A stretch of DNA of 64,000 nucleotides, taken from assembly GCA_051530055.1 (NCBI GenBank), contig CM121341.1, forward strand, positions 5,930,784-5,994,783. The letters run 5' to 3'. The notes below the pieces were generated by a model. That model was not told the origin of the DNA. It was given only the letters and a program-made list of their open reading frames with translations, and searched no databases. Source of the DNA: Neoechinorhynchus agilis. Its lineage: Eukaryota; Animalia; Acanthocephala. Shown piece by piece: positions 26,968 through 39,387 of the stretch. Positions within the stretch are counted from its first letter, which is position 1, and every line of letters begins with the position of its first letter. A program made the position numbers and the translations under genes.

Positions 26968-29058
26968 ATGCGATATTCCATTGTGAACGTTATCGCGTTT
27001 TGTATTATAATCTCAAATATTATAGCGTCACATTTGCAACCTGTTCAAAATATAGTAAAAGATTCACTTTGGCCAAAGACGCTTTCCTTTTTTAATGACG
27101 AAGATAAATGGTATAAACTTCCACCGACCGAAGAAAGTATTTCCTTTTCGGTGAACTCAATCAGCGTTTACGAAAATCACATGAGACAGTTGTGGGATGT
27201 ATACCGGAGAATCATATATGACACAACCCCGGAAAATATGTATGATCCAGGCTTGAATTTCAATAACTCTTTAGGCGTAAGATTGAGTTTTTGCGTTTGA
27301 ATCGCACACGTATATTTCCTGTCGGTCTTCTTTAAAAAAAGAAGTTCATAGGGTCCATTTTTTACATTAATTTCAACAAACACATAAACTCTGTCACATT
27401 GAAATCATTTGTGATTGTAATTGACAAAGAAACCGTGGACAAGTACCCCGATTGTAGTTCGGATGAGTCGTATTCCTTACAGGTTGAGCAATTTGAGGTC
27501 AAGGTGAGATCACAAGAAGTCTGGGGCGCCATTAGAGCCCTAGAAACAATTAGTCAATTGGTTAAACGATCCCATGGACACCTATACATTGCAAAGTGTC
27601 GTTTGGACGATGCTCCAAGATTTTGTCATAGAGGATTGCTTGTGGATACAGCACGACACTACTTATCGCTTAAGACTCTGAAAAAACATTTGGTGAGAAA
27701 GTGTCTTATTATCGTTTTCTTCAAGTCTCTCTTTTAAAAAGAATGCAATGATGTACTCCAAAATGAACGTCTTGCATTGGCACATTGTGGACGATGAATC
27801 GTTTCCTTTTGTGAGCGAAAAGTATCCTGAACTAGCAGAGAAAGTAATTCTCCTTTCGCCTCAAATACACTCAATTGTTGTCCAGGGAGCCTTTTATCCA
27901 AACGTGACGATTTATCGACCTGAGGACATAGCTGAGATCGTGGAATACGCACGATTGAGAGGGATTCGTGTAATACCTGAAATCGATAGCCCTGGTATAA
28001 TGCTGCTTTTTCTACTTTCATTCTTGAGCATTCTATTTTCAGATCATACAAGGTCATGGGGTAAAGGACGACCGGAACTTCTTACCAAATGTTTCACAAC
28101 TGACGGCGAACACAGACGGTTGGTTGACGTGGCCAACCCCGAAGTTTGGACATTCCTGACCAATATTCTCAGTGAATTCGCCAATAAGTTTCCAGATAAA
28201 TGGATCCATTTGGGCGGCGACGAGGTTCAGCTGGATTGCTGGTCAGACAAAAAAAACTATTTTACACTTGTCAACTTAAAATTAGGAAAAATAATCCTAG
28301 AATTAGTCAACTACTCGAAAAACAGGAAACTGGAAAGTCTTACCAAAAACTGCTAATTCAATACTATAAGCGGTTTGTATTTTGGAAAACTTAGAATTTA
28401 TAGGAATTCAAATTAATTTGAATTTCTGCCAATTTGATTGCAAAGTTTTTTCGACCAGGCTAGTTGAAATCGCAGTTTCGAATTCAAAAGAAGTCATATT
28501 TTATCACGAAGTATCAGAGTTGATCAGATTTCATGGACTTGATAATGAGCTACCGACTTCAAATACCATTTTCGAGATTTGGGGGAGAGAAATCGATTAT
28601 AAGCGGTTGATATCAAAGGGATATCGTGTGATTATATCGTTTCCGTGGTACCTGGACACATTTTCGTATGGTGAAGATTGGATTCCATTTTACATGTACG
28701 AACCGTTGAATTTCGATGGAACCATAGAAGAAAAATCCCGTATTATTGGAGGTGAATCGTGTATTTGGGCCGAGTTTGTTGATGACACGAATGCAATAAC
28801 CAGAACATGGTTTGTTCCATTACCTTCATAAATTTGAGTCCATTTAAAATATTAGGCCACGGGCGGCTGCAATGGCCGAGAGACTCTGGAGTCATTATCC
28901 GGACGAGAATGCGCCGCGTGACCGCATGGATAGATTCCGGTGTCTTCTACTGAGGTATTTTGTCCAATCCGTGTAAAATGTCTCAACTTTGTAGCCGAAG
29001 CATCAGCGCTCAAAGCGTAAATCGAAACGGACGGCAGTGTCCGCACGTAATGAAGTAA
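26968..29058 (+). CDS. Beta-hexosaminidase (GH20, HEXA/HEXB-like), multi-exon, with signal peptide
   Basis: MRYSIVNVIAFCIIIS signal, DAPRFCHRGLLVDTARHY, LHWHIVDDESFP, GIRVIPEIDSPG, catalytic IHLGGDEV, IIGGESCIWAEFVD and WPRAAAMAERLWS. Confidence 0.93.
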
Positions 29059-29182
29059 ACAAACCGATAAAAAAACCTTGATCCAGTTTCATTTACCCGC
29101 TAAAATATTTCTTTTTCTAATTGAATTCTTGCGAGACCTTTTTAAATAATGTTGTTCTTGTACTTCATCAATTTTTGAGTTC

Positions 29183-30659
29183 ACTTTTTGAGTGCAAACT
29201 TCATCAGACGCCAAATAGAACAAAATTTTGACAAAAAAAGACAAAAGCAAGACATTATAAAGCATTCTTTTAAGGTAGAAAAATTGGAAACCTGAAGTCG
29301 ATTTGTAAAAAGCGGAAAGCGATTACAAAAAATGCTTCGATGAAATGCAAAGTGAGTCCAAGAAGCGAAAACCCAATTACGTAGATTTGCCCAATGGCGT
29401 TTCATTAATTTTTAAGATGACTTTTTGAGTGCAAACTTCATCAGCATGCGAAATAGAACGAAAGTTTTCACAAAAACGGGCAGAAAAATTGGAAACCTGA
29501 AGTCGATTTGTAAAAAGCGGAAAGCGATTACAAAAAATGCTTCGATGGAATGCAAAGTGAGTCCCAGAAGCGAAAACCCAATTACTTTGATTTGTCCAAT
29601 GGCGTTTTATCAATTTTTAAGATGACTTTTTGAGTGCAAACTTCATCAGCATGCGAAATAGAACGAAAGTTTTCACAAAAACGGGCAGAAAAATTAGAAA
29701 CCAGTAGCCGATTTGTAAAAAGCGGAATGCGATTACAAAAAATGCTTCGATGGAATGCAAAGTGAGTCCAAGAAGTGAAAACCCAATTACTTTGATTTGT
29801 CCAATGGCGTTTTATCAATTTTTAAGATGACTTTTTGAGTGCAAACTTCATCAGCATGCGAAATAGAACGAAAGTTTTCACAAAAACGGGCAGAAAAATT
29901 AGAAACCAGTAGCCGATTTGTAAAAAGCGGAATGCGATTACAAAAAATGCTTCGATGGAATGCAAAGTGAGTCCAAGAAGTGAAAACCCAATTACTTTGA
30001 TTTGTCCAATGGCGTTTTATCAATTTTTAAGATGACTTTTTGAGTGCAAACTTCATCAGCATGCGAAATAGAACGAAAGTTTTCACAAAAACGGGCAGAA
30101 AAATTAGAAACCAGTAGCCGATTTGTAAAAAGCGGAAAGCGATTACAAAAAATGCTTCGATGGAATGCAAAGTGAGTCCAAGAAGTGAAAACCCAATTAC
30201 TTTGATTTGTCCAATGGCGTTTTATCAATTTTTAAGATGACTTTTTGAGTGCAAACTTCATCAGCATGCGAAATAGAACGAAAGTTTCAAAAACTGGCAG
30301 AAAAATTGGAAACCTGAAGTCGATTTGTAAAAAGCGGAAAGCGATTAAAAAAATGCTTCGATGGAATGCAAAGTGAGTCCAAGAAGTGAAAACCCAATTA
30401 CTTTGATTTGTCCAATGGCGTTTTATCAATTTTTAAGATGACTTTTTGAGTGCAAACTTCATCAGCACGCGAAATAGAACAAAATTTTGACAAAAACGGG
30501 CAGAAAAATTAGAAACCAGTAGCCGATTTGTAAAAAGCGGAAAGCGATTACAAAAAATGCTTCGATGGAATGCAAAGTGAGTCCAAGAAGTGAAAACCCA
30601 ATTACTTTGATTTGTCCAATGGCGTTTCGTCAATTTTTAAGGTGACTTTTTGAGTGCAA
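29183..30659. repeat. 205-bp tandem repeat, about 7 copies, between HEX and BOP1
   Basis: ACTTTTTGAGTGCAAACTTCATCAG recurs every 205 bp. First unit degenerate. Confidence 0.96.
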
Positions 30660-30980
30660 GCATTCGATGAAATGGAACGAAATTTCTAGATTTGAAATAA
30701 ATCCGATTGGTATATTTAGGGCAGCCAATCAGGAATCACGAGCAACTGATTTGAGCAATTTCTCGTGCGTTAAAAGGACATTATCGAAGTGTCGTTTAGT
30801 TGGACACCCTTCGGTGTATGGAGTATTAAAATATCCCAAAAAAAGACTACCGGCTGAGCCGCCCATAAAAAGTGCTGACCAATCGGATTGTGTTCTCGTT
30901 TGTTTTTTCAACGTAATATCTTTATTCTTCCGTATTCTGGGGCCATTGTTGTTCCTTGTTTTTTTATTACGAGTTTCTTG

Positions 30981-33170
30981 ATGTTAAAGGACGATTCTGG
31001 TTTGGTAGAGTTTGACTCGGATGTTGAAGAGCCTTCTAATACTATTGGCCAAGGAATCCCATTAAGATGGTACGATCGTCTTGATCACGTTGGTTATAGT
31101 CTTCAGGGGAAGCCAATCTCGAAATCGGCGAGTGATCGAGTGAATGCGATCGATGAGTTCTTGGCTCGAATTGAAGACGACGACCACTGGCGTACGGTTT
31201 ACGACTCTTTGACTGGTCAGAAGATTGTATTGAGTGAAGAAGACGTTAAATTGGCTCGAAATCTTAGCCTGGGCGCGAATATCACTCGCGATTCCTATGC
31301 TCCTTGGGAAGATTTATTCAGTGCAACCGTGGAAACGGAACCATTGATAGATCCTCCTCCTTCAAAGCGAAGATTCATTCCTTCGATTGATAGGCATCGA
31401 GCCATCGGTCAGTTGGTTTCAGCCATCAAGTCGGGATGGATTAAGCCGGACTCTATTGTATCAAAGGGTGTCCAAGAAGCGCTAAAAGCGAACGTTATTC
31501 ACCACGTAAGGCACGATCTCTGGGCGAAACCGGAAACCGAACGACGGACTCGCCCAACGCCTTTTTTGGTTGCTCCTAAGATTATTGAACCGTCTCATGA
31601 GGATTCATACGCTCCTGCGATTGAGTAGACGCGAAGGAAATGGATTCCGGGGCATTTTTTGCCACTTTATTGTTCCTGCTCATTACTAATCGGTGACTTC
31701 TTTGTCCGAATTTTTCTAGGTCGCATTAAGACTTCAAAATTTCTTCTCTGTTTTGAACTCATCTCCTCGCTGGTATGCGTCTGACCAAAATCAAGAGAAG
31801 TTCTCGTGCTTACGTCACGTTCCAACCTACGACAAGTTGATCGAAGAACGTTTTGAACGATGCCTCGACTTGTACATGTGTGCTCGTAAAGTGAACATGC
31901 GAGCTAGATTTAATCCGGATGACCTCCTTAATCAAGCTACTCGAGACCTTCCTCGAGCTCGAGATCTTCGGCCTTATCCCATCTTGTGCACTCGCCGATT
32001 CTACGGCCACTCAGGCAAAGTTACCACAATTGACATCGAAATCAGTAATGGCAGCGCCCGGTTCGCGTCCGGAACCACGACCGGAGAAGTGTTCATCTGG
32101 CAAACTTGGAACGAACGGTGCGTTGCCAAAACCCAATGGATCGATGATCCAATCGAGTGCATTGTTTGGAATCCTAAAATGAATGGTGTACTTGCGGTCG
32201 CTACTCAACAAAGTTCCAAAATTCATCTTTGCTTCAACACAAACTGCCGTCCTTCGCAAAAATTGATTTCGGAGCTGAAAATCGAAGGTTCCGGCTGGAA
32301 CAAACTAAACTGTACTCCTCAACCAAAAGTGCTAAGCACGTTCGCAACAATTGACTCACATTCACATATTCGATCACTCACTTGGCATCCAAAAGGAGAC
32401 TACTTAGCCGCCGTCTCTTCTGAAAAAGGAGTCGTTGTTAATCAAATATCACGTTGTCGCTCACATATTCCTTATTTCATAAATAAAAAGACGATGGGCG
32501 ACGCTCATCCATTTCTTGCCTTTCATCCTAACAAACCGTTTCTTATTCTTTCCCATAATTCATCGATCAGTTTGTTCGATGTAACCAACCAATCTGTCGT
32601 TCGAAAACTACAAACCGGCACACAATGGCCTTTGCTTTGCCTCAGTGTTCATCCATCGGGTGACCATTTACTCGGATGAAATCGATCACGGCGTCGTTGC
32701 CATGAGTGATCCATTTCTTCTAAATAATCGCTGGGTCCTCAGATGGACTTGTTCATTGGTTCGATTTAGATTACGGAGACAAACCTTTTCGATCTCTTAC
32801 TTATCATCAAAACAGAGCGTCCGGGAAAATACGACGGAACGTTGCTTCGATAGTTTCGACCAGCAATCATTGGCAATTACCCTTAATGGCTTCAGCGTCG
32901 GCCGACGGAACAGTCATTGTCGCTCATGCTAATGTTTTCGATGATTTTACAAAAAATCCACTTATTGTGCCCGTAAAAAGACTTTGGGCGTCCCAGGCAC
33001 AAAATTGGTCTCAGAAACTACTCAGAAGTGCAAAAGACAAAAGTAATGGTATAAACGAGCAGAAGAAACCGAGCAATCGAAGAGTCGTATGTTGTTTTGA
33101 TAGATTACATCCTTGGATTGTGACATCAAATGGACCCGTTCTGTCTTTGTTCACTGAACTTAGCAAATAA
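30981..33170 (+). CDS. BOP1: Ribosome biogenesis protein BOP1/ERB1
   Basis: NTIGQGIPLRWYDRLDHVGY, PPSKRRFIPS, LRHVPTYDKLIEERFERCLDLY, WD40 repeats with WHPKGDYLA and VHPSGDHLL, KNPLIVPVK. Confidence 0.92.
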
Positions 33171-33683
33171 ATGGACAATTCAAAAAACAAACAAGCAAAA
33201 ACGATTTTTCACTGTCAAAAACATTTCTGGAAAACTTTGCGTGGATTTTTTGTTAAACACAAAGTCACACCATCGTATCGCCAATCTACAATACAAAATT
33301 AAATTTTAATCATCCTGAGCTTAATGATAGCTTTAATCGTTTTCTAAATTGGACTAAGAGTGAACTTTGCAGTAATGTCATAGTTTTAATTAAGTATTGA
33401 CGATGGAACCGTTAATTCTAGTTCCGGTTTAATTATTATGTGGATTTTTTTTATTATAATAGAACGTGTTAGTTCCGATACAATCACATCCTATCTTTGT
33501 TTTTTCAAAATGACAATGAGTTACATTGTTCACCTGTGAAGATTCATGAGTTTAACATTTTTTGGACATGTCGTCTAGGTCGCTTATTCCTCTATTTCTC
33601 TGTCCAATCAGCATTTCCACAGTGCCGTCCAATCATATTTCACATTGACTTTCTGTTTCGACCAAACGGATGTATATTAAGTT

Positions 33684-33983
33684 ATGGCTTTGAAGAAGCC
33701 GTATTCTGATCCTAATAATTTCATAAAAGAAAAGCTCAGGTTAGCTGTTTCGGAAATCACATTTACGAATTCAGGCGACTTTTGTGAAAGTCTGGCATTA
33801 CAAATTGACGAAGATCTTGCCAAATCAAATGAATTGCAATATTTGACTCAGGTTGCGAGCTCTAAACCACGCCGCAAACGTCTGAGTAATGCTCAACATC
33901 GCGTTTGTGCAAAGTTTCATCCATCATTCCTTCAAAAACAAAATGATGCTCATCTAAGTACACTTATTAAAAATCATTTTTAG
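33684..33983 (+). CDS. Hypothetical 99-aa protein, or an upstream exon of SCLY
   Basis: ATG-initiated ORF ending 6 nt before the SCLY ATG. No recognised motif. Confidence 0.35.
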   Translation: MALKKPYSDPNNFIKEKLRLAVSEITFTNSGDFCESLALQIDEDLAKSNELQYLTQVASSKPRRKRLSNAQHRVCAKFHPSFLQKQNDAHLSTLIKNHF

Positions 33984-33989
33984 ATTGAA

Positions 33990-35195
33990 ATGGCATTTAC
34001 GGAAAAAAAGGAAATATATTTGGACTATAACGCCACGACTCCTATGGATGCCGGTTTATGTGATGAAATCTGCAACGTAATGAAAGAGTATTGGAGGAAT
34101 CCCAGTTCCTCGTACGCTAAGACTGAACGGGCTATAATCAAGGAAGCTCGTGAACGGCTAGCGATTGCCTTGAACTGCCGGTCAGATCAGCTAACCTTTA
34201 CGTCATGCTCGACCGAAGCCGCGAACACTATAATCAATTCAGTTGTCAGATCGAATTCAGCCAATGGTCCTTGCCGGATCCTTACTTCTAACTTTGAGCA
34301 TCCATGCATTTTGCGATATCTCAATGATTTAAGGACGCGTTCACTCGTAGATATCAGTGAGATCGATGTGGAACAAGGCCAGATCAAGTTGGAGTCGTTG
34401 GATCGTTTGACTTTTAGAATGAAACCTCAGCTTGTGATTATAATGCTAGCCAATAATGTGACAGGAATTCTGCAACCCGTTAAGGAAGCAGTCGCCATCA
34501 TTCGAAGAATATCACCCGAATCATTGGTATTCTGTGATATCTGTCAGGCGATCGGAAAGGTCGAGGTGGACATAAGTGAACTTGGGATAGATTACGCGAC
34601 AATCGCCGGTCACAAGTTCTATGGACCTAGAATAGGTGCAATGTATTGCAAAGAACCTCTCAAATTTCCATTAATTCTAGGCGGTGGGCAAGAGAACGGA
34701 ATGCGCTCTGGGACGGAGAATCTTGCTTGCATTTACGGACTAGGAAGAGCTGCAACGATGGTGAACGAAAGCGTCGATTTTATACAATGCAGACTCAGAC
34801 ATTTTCGTCGGCAGGTCTGAATCAGCTTCGTAATTCAGTTGCCACCAGGATTAAACGAGACCTTTTGGAAGAGCTTCTCTTAGAAGGCAAATCAGCGGAT
34901 GGTGTTTCCTTGGTTGATGAAATTGTGGGATTTGGAAAGCCTCGTCTGCCAAATACATCAATGATAAGATTTAAGAAAGAAATAGGCTCAATAGAAGGAT
35001 TACTGTTCAGTTATGGGGCCGCGTGCCATGATTTGGGTGATCGAAACGCCCTTAAATCTGTGAAAGATGGTAGTGAAGTCAAGGAGCGCTTAACCACTAC
35101 AATACCATCTAGTGAGATTTAGTCTTGGAAAGTATACTAGTGAAGATGAAATTCGCGAATGCGTCCGTCGATTCATTGATTATTTTTCAAAATAG
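33990..35195 (+). CDS. SCLY: Selenocysteine lyase (class V PLP enzyme), multi-exon
   Basis: YLDYNATTP, GHKFYGPRIGA, GGGQENGMRSGTEN, RLPNT, GAACH (SCLY-type, not NFS1 GSACT) and terminal VRFSLGKYTSEDE after a short intron. Confidence 0.82.
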
Positions 35196-35299
35196 TTATT
35201 CTGAACAAATCAACATTACTACCACACGACACGGGCAGTTTAATGCATTTTCCGTGAGTCAATATTTAGAGAGAGAGAAACGCACCTTTATTTGGTTCA

Positions 35300-35942
35300 T
35301 TAATCAGATTCACCAGAAGTCAATTTCCTTTTCCGCTTACCGATTTTTTCACCTAGTTTTGAATTTAAAGCCAATGAAATCGTTTCGCTCACAGCCACAT
35401 CGTTCATGGGAAATCCTTTTTTGCACATTTTATCAAAGAGATCATCATGGTAGTCAGTAGAATAAATTTTATCAAGGAATTTGTACACTCTCATAACCTG
35501 TAGAGCGTCCATTTTATCTTGAACAGCATGTTTTTTATCCAAAAATCGGATTAAGTACTCCAACATCTCCACCGGATCAGCATCTTCTAAAAACTCACGG
35601 ATGAAATTCTGGCGCGTTTAAGGAGTTCAAGTGACCTCTTGAGTGAAGCATAACAATGCCCAATATGAACTGCGAAAAATCAAGGGACCCTTCGTGATCG
35701 ATATCGAAGCAGTTAAACATTATCTCCAATGTACGTCTTCGATTCTCTTTTCCATGATAACCGTAAATACCATAGTCGTCAATGTGCTTTAAGAAGTCTC
35801 TCAAAGTCTTTTCCGTCATTCTACCACTCGGTGAGTAATCGAGAAAATCTTCTTGCATCCGGATTAGGTTGTCATGAGGTACTTTCAAAACATCCGCCGC
35901 TAGCTCCAGTTCTTGCGAGCTTCGCCCAAGGGAGGTTTCCAT
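35300..35942 (-). CDS. EF-hand calcium-binding protein, neuronal calcium sensor-like
   Basis: FLDYSPSGRM and FNCFDIDHEGSLDFSQFILGI resemble NCS-1 FIKDCPSG and [21 protein letters not shown]. Second exon diverged. Confidence 0.7.
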
Positions 35943-36466
35943 CGAAAAAATATGCTCGTTGAGATGTCGAAAAAAAAACGTTTTGTGTAAAAGGAGGCGT
36001 TTTTTGTATAGTAAGCACGAAAAATTTCGTGTGGAGATGAATAGTTGTTGCTAACGCTAAAAAAAAGGGTTGCATTTATAATGCCATTTCAGTTCGAAAT
36101 AAACCAATGTCGAAGCTGTCTTCCACTAAGGATGCACTTAAAAAAACTAAGACGATTTCTATACTTTCACTCTTGCATACTTGCCATTCGTCTCATAGTT
36201 CTCGTCTTCGCCACTTTCATAGACATCAAACCTGGCTTCTAAAAATCCTGCGACCATCACACGGCTACAGTTCAACAAGATTTGATGGTCCTGAGTTTCA
36301 TATTTTTAAAGATTTCAAAAGTTAATTGTTAACCAAACGTCAAAGTTCGCGATATTTGTTTTTCGATAGAGGTTTACAGATCCAACCAAATTTATATTTC
36401 ACATCCCGAATGCAGAAACAAAAATGGTCCTAATCTATTGATGTTTGCATTCAGGTGGATGGATTT

Positions 36467-36605
36467 ATTGTTATTTAGGTCGCTTGTGGACGATATTCGA
36501 GAGGAGGAATCGAGTTAAAGAGACGAATGAATATTTGGACTGATTCGATCAGTCCAAATATTCATCTCTTCTCGAATGTCGTCCACAAACGACCTAAATA
36601 ATAAT
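36467..36605. mobile_element. 139-bp hairpin MITE, same family as the termini at 49059 and 50136
   Basis: 39-bp outer arms with 4 mismatches (ATTGTTATTTAGGTCGCTTGTGGACG...) plus an inner 18-bp stem ATGAATATTTGGACTGAT-tcg-ATCAGTCCAAATATTCAT. Confidence 0.7.
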
Positions 36606-36613
36606 ATGTTTTG

Positions 36614-37168
36614 TTAGTGTTGTGAAATATTAACTTTGTCAGTCTCCAAGAGTTTGTTTTGAGCTTTACCTTTGTCCGTTTCGCTTTCCGTCACTTCATA
36701 CTTTCCATTTTTACTGTTTGATCCGTCATCATTTTCTTGTTGGTCTATCTTTCTAAAATTATCGATTTCTTTGACACTGGTTTTTTGCCCTTCTTGAGAA
36801 CCTGCCACCTCGTTGCTCTCGCCTGCTTGATTCTGTTCACTAATCTTCTTTCCATTTTTTGGTTCCTCATCGCTTTCTTGCTTATCAGCCATTCCACGCT
36901 TATCAAAATCTTTATCTCCTCTATCTTTCATTTTCGTCTTGTTTGAATTCTTTATCGCTACAATCTCAGATTTGTCATCTATTTGCATCCTATTCGATTT
37001 AATCTTTTCCGAGCCTTCTTTGTTGGCTAAGTTCTCGCTTTCCGCTTTTAGTTCACTAGTCCCATTCTCATTGGCTTTTTCAGATTTTCCTGAGATATTT
37101 AATGGATTTTTCCTTCCACCATTTTCTCTCTCCGTACCATTTTTATTCTCATCGTACTTTTTATCCAA
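36614..37168 (-). CDS. Low-complexity K/E/N/D-rich ORF, possibly the C-terminal exon of the PACRG-family gene
   Basis: Long open, highly charged frame directly downstream of the PACRG-like exons on the same strand. Confidence 0.5.
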   Translation of the reverse strand: MDKKYDENKNGTERENGGRKNPLNISGKSEKANENGTSELKAESENLANKEGSEKIKSNRMQIDDKSEIVAIKNSNKTKMKDRGDKDFDKRGMADKQESDEEPKNGKKISEQNQAGESNEVAGSQEGQKTSVKEIDNFRKIDQQENDDGSNSKNGKYEVTESETDKGKAQNKLLETDKVNISQH

Positions 37169-37452
37169 CTCATTCGGTCCCTTGCTATTTTTTACACTCG
37201 TCTTTGAGGTCTTTAACCCTATGGTCGTTGCACTATCGTCGTTTCCACGTACTCCTTTAGATTCACCTTCGTCCTCATTCTCTTCTTCAGTTTTGTAATC
37301 GTTTGATTCTTTTCTAACTGCTCCAATTTCACTCCTTTTCTTACCGAATCCGCGGACGAGTCTATAGTTAAAAGAAAAAGTTCCACACGTAACCTCGTGG
37401 TTCCTAAATACGTTGATTGGTTTAATTCTATAACTTTTGCCATTTGTCTGCC

Positions 37453-38346
37453 TTAGAAGCTAATGACTTGTCCGCGGATACGCCTAAGAATACTTTTTTT
37501 CATGATGGTTGTTTCACTTTTCTCTCCTTTGTTTGTGTCTATTCTCCGTAAAATCAATGTTCCCTGTTTAAGCTGACTTTGGTATGTTGGCATATAGGTT
37601 CTGATTTGCTCTAAGACTTTTGTTCCAAACGATGCTTCAAGCAGAGAAAAAAACCTATTCACCAATACTCTCATCGTTGCCCGTTTTCCCTGAATTATTA
37701 CAATCCTATTTGGATAGCGGTCATAATCGCTTATATCTTCTAGATTCTAAACACGAGATATTTCGCTCTTTAGTAGTGTAGACCAATGGATTTTTTTAGA
37801 TCTTACCGAGGCTAATACCAAAGGTTGTAGAATAAATCTCAATTCATTTAAGAGACACTTCAATGTTTCTAGATTCTTTGATTCACATATTAAAATCAGC
37901 AAGGTAATGGCTCGTCGTGCTGCAGCTGCCTCAAGTGTTAATAACGCAATTCTTAATTTTTCAACTATACATTTCATTAGTTTCTGGTCAATAGAAAATT
38001 TAATGGCTTTAATGATCGCTTTTGAGGCCGAGAAAGCAACATCTCCGTAACGGTGATGACAATCTCTCACACCGTCAAAAATCACTGGAATATACAAATT
38101 AAGTTGCCCAATAAACATTTTAGACTCGGTTTTGTCAGTGATCCACCTGATTTCTGGACCTGACATTCTGCTCATTACTCGAAATGGCAAAAGATTTTGA
38201 TCGTAGTATTCGCGAAATAACGTAGATATCCCAAGAACTCGTTTAGTCGGTGGCCATGTTTTCTCGCAACTGTAAGATTTCATATTTTTGTTCTTTTGCA
38301 ACAAATGTTCAGTCTCAAAGCATTTGCTGGTTGTCATGACGATCAC
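37453..38346 (-). CDS. PACRG-family protein (Parkin co-regulated / PACRG-like)
   Basis: TLFREYYDQNLLPF, EIRW, YIPVIFDGVRD and LEASFGTKVLEQIRTYMPTYQS parallel PACRG FRKFYERGDFP, KIAW, YLPLFFDGL and LEAFERYGG...IKYVVPTYES. Confidence 0.7.
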
Positions 38347-38762
38347 ATTTAAAATTAATTTTTACCTTTATGGTGATTTGTTGATCGCGGGGTGATTCCT
38401 TTATTGTTTTAATTCATCGATAATTTCCACGCTTACCATTTGAGGTAGATTTCCTTCTTTCCATACTTAGTGGACTTCCCAAATGTTCTTCGATTTTCGG
38501 CACAAAATTAAGGTTGAAGTCGGCTTTTTAGAAACCTCGGCGAAGGGGAAAAAATACATTTCGGGAGCCGAACTGCTTTCAACTTGTTACTTCAGGCGGA
38601 ATTACTTTTTAAAAAGAAAGTCTTATTTCCCGCGTTAAAATGCCGAAAAAGGCATCGCAGCCCGCGCTTAGCAATTCCATCTTTAAAGATTTGCGTAGTT
38701 GCAGACTGACGACGGATCGAGAGGACAACACCGTAAACCTGGGACGTTGCGATTATCCCGGA

Positions 38763-38834
38763 TGCCTCGGCCAGGATTCGAACCTGGGTTTTCACGGCCA
38801 CAACGTGAAGTACTAACCACTATACTACCGAAGC
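38763..38834 (-). tRNA. tRNA-His (GTG)
   Basis: GCTTCGGTAGTATAGTGGTTAGTACTTCACGTTGTGGCCGTGAAAACCCAGGTTCGAATCCTGGCCGAGGCA: acceptor GCTTCGG/CCGAGGC, anticodon arm TCACG-TTGTGGC-CGTGA, T loop GTTCGAATC. Confidence 0.96.
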
Positions 38835-39387
38835 CGATCGCTGAAATGCAGTTCAGTTCAGGAGAATGTATTTACTCCGAATCATTTTATCGATTTAATC
38901 TGATCGCTAACCGTGAAGCTCCATGGCTGCATTTAGGCCAAAGGGGAAACGTTCGCTTTGTTCCCTGTTCCATCGTGTTTCGACTCTTTTTTTTATAAGT
39001 CAATTGAATTTCATATTTTCGATACAGATATCTTGGGTCTTGTCGAATCCGATTGAGTGTGGTTCTGTGATCAATATTAAGAATTGCTGAAACATCATAG
39101 AAGTGAGATTTTAAATCGAGAATGGAAAAGCGATTCTATTTCGCAGCGTCCCGTTTTTATTTAGTTATCTTAAAATGTCAATCTTTCGCTTGTGTAAAGC
39201 TTTGTGACTAAAATAAAAGTAAAAAATAATGCATAAAAATACAAAGTTACGATGAAAGGTTAGTAAAAAAAAGAGGACACATACGAAACAGCATCTTAGA
39301 ATGGCTGAGATAAATGCAAATTTGCGTAATCGTGAACCTCTTTGTTCAAAGAAATCATATCGTGTTTTCTCTTTCTCGCTGTATATC

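Noticed and set aside
29181-30633. MIKRHWTNQ repeated ORFs, and the array as a spliced-leader RNA cluster
   Set aside because: The ORFs follow the 205-bp periodicity. No leader-GGTAAG donor plus Sm-site arrangement was found in this or the other arrays.
31620-31730. In-frame TAG in BOP1 suggesting stop-codon reassignment
   Set aside because: Explained by a plausible intron (GA|gtagac...attaag|A CTT, about 107 nt). AAG acceptors occur elsewhere in this window.
34760-35125. Frameshifts in SCLY suggesting a pseudogene
   Set aside because: Two short GT-AG introns restore the conserved RDLLEE and RFSLGKYT blocks.
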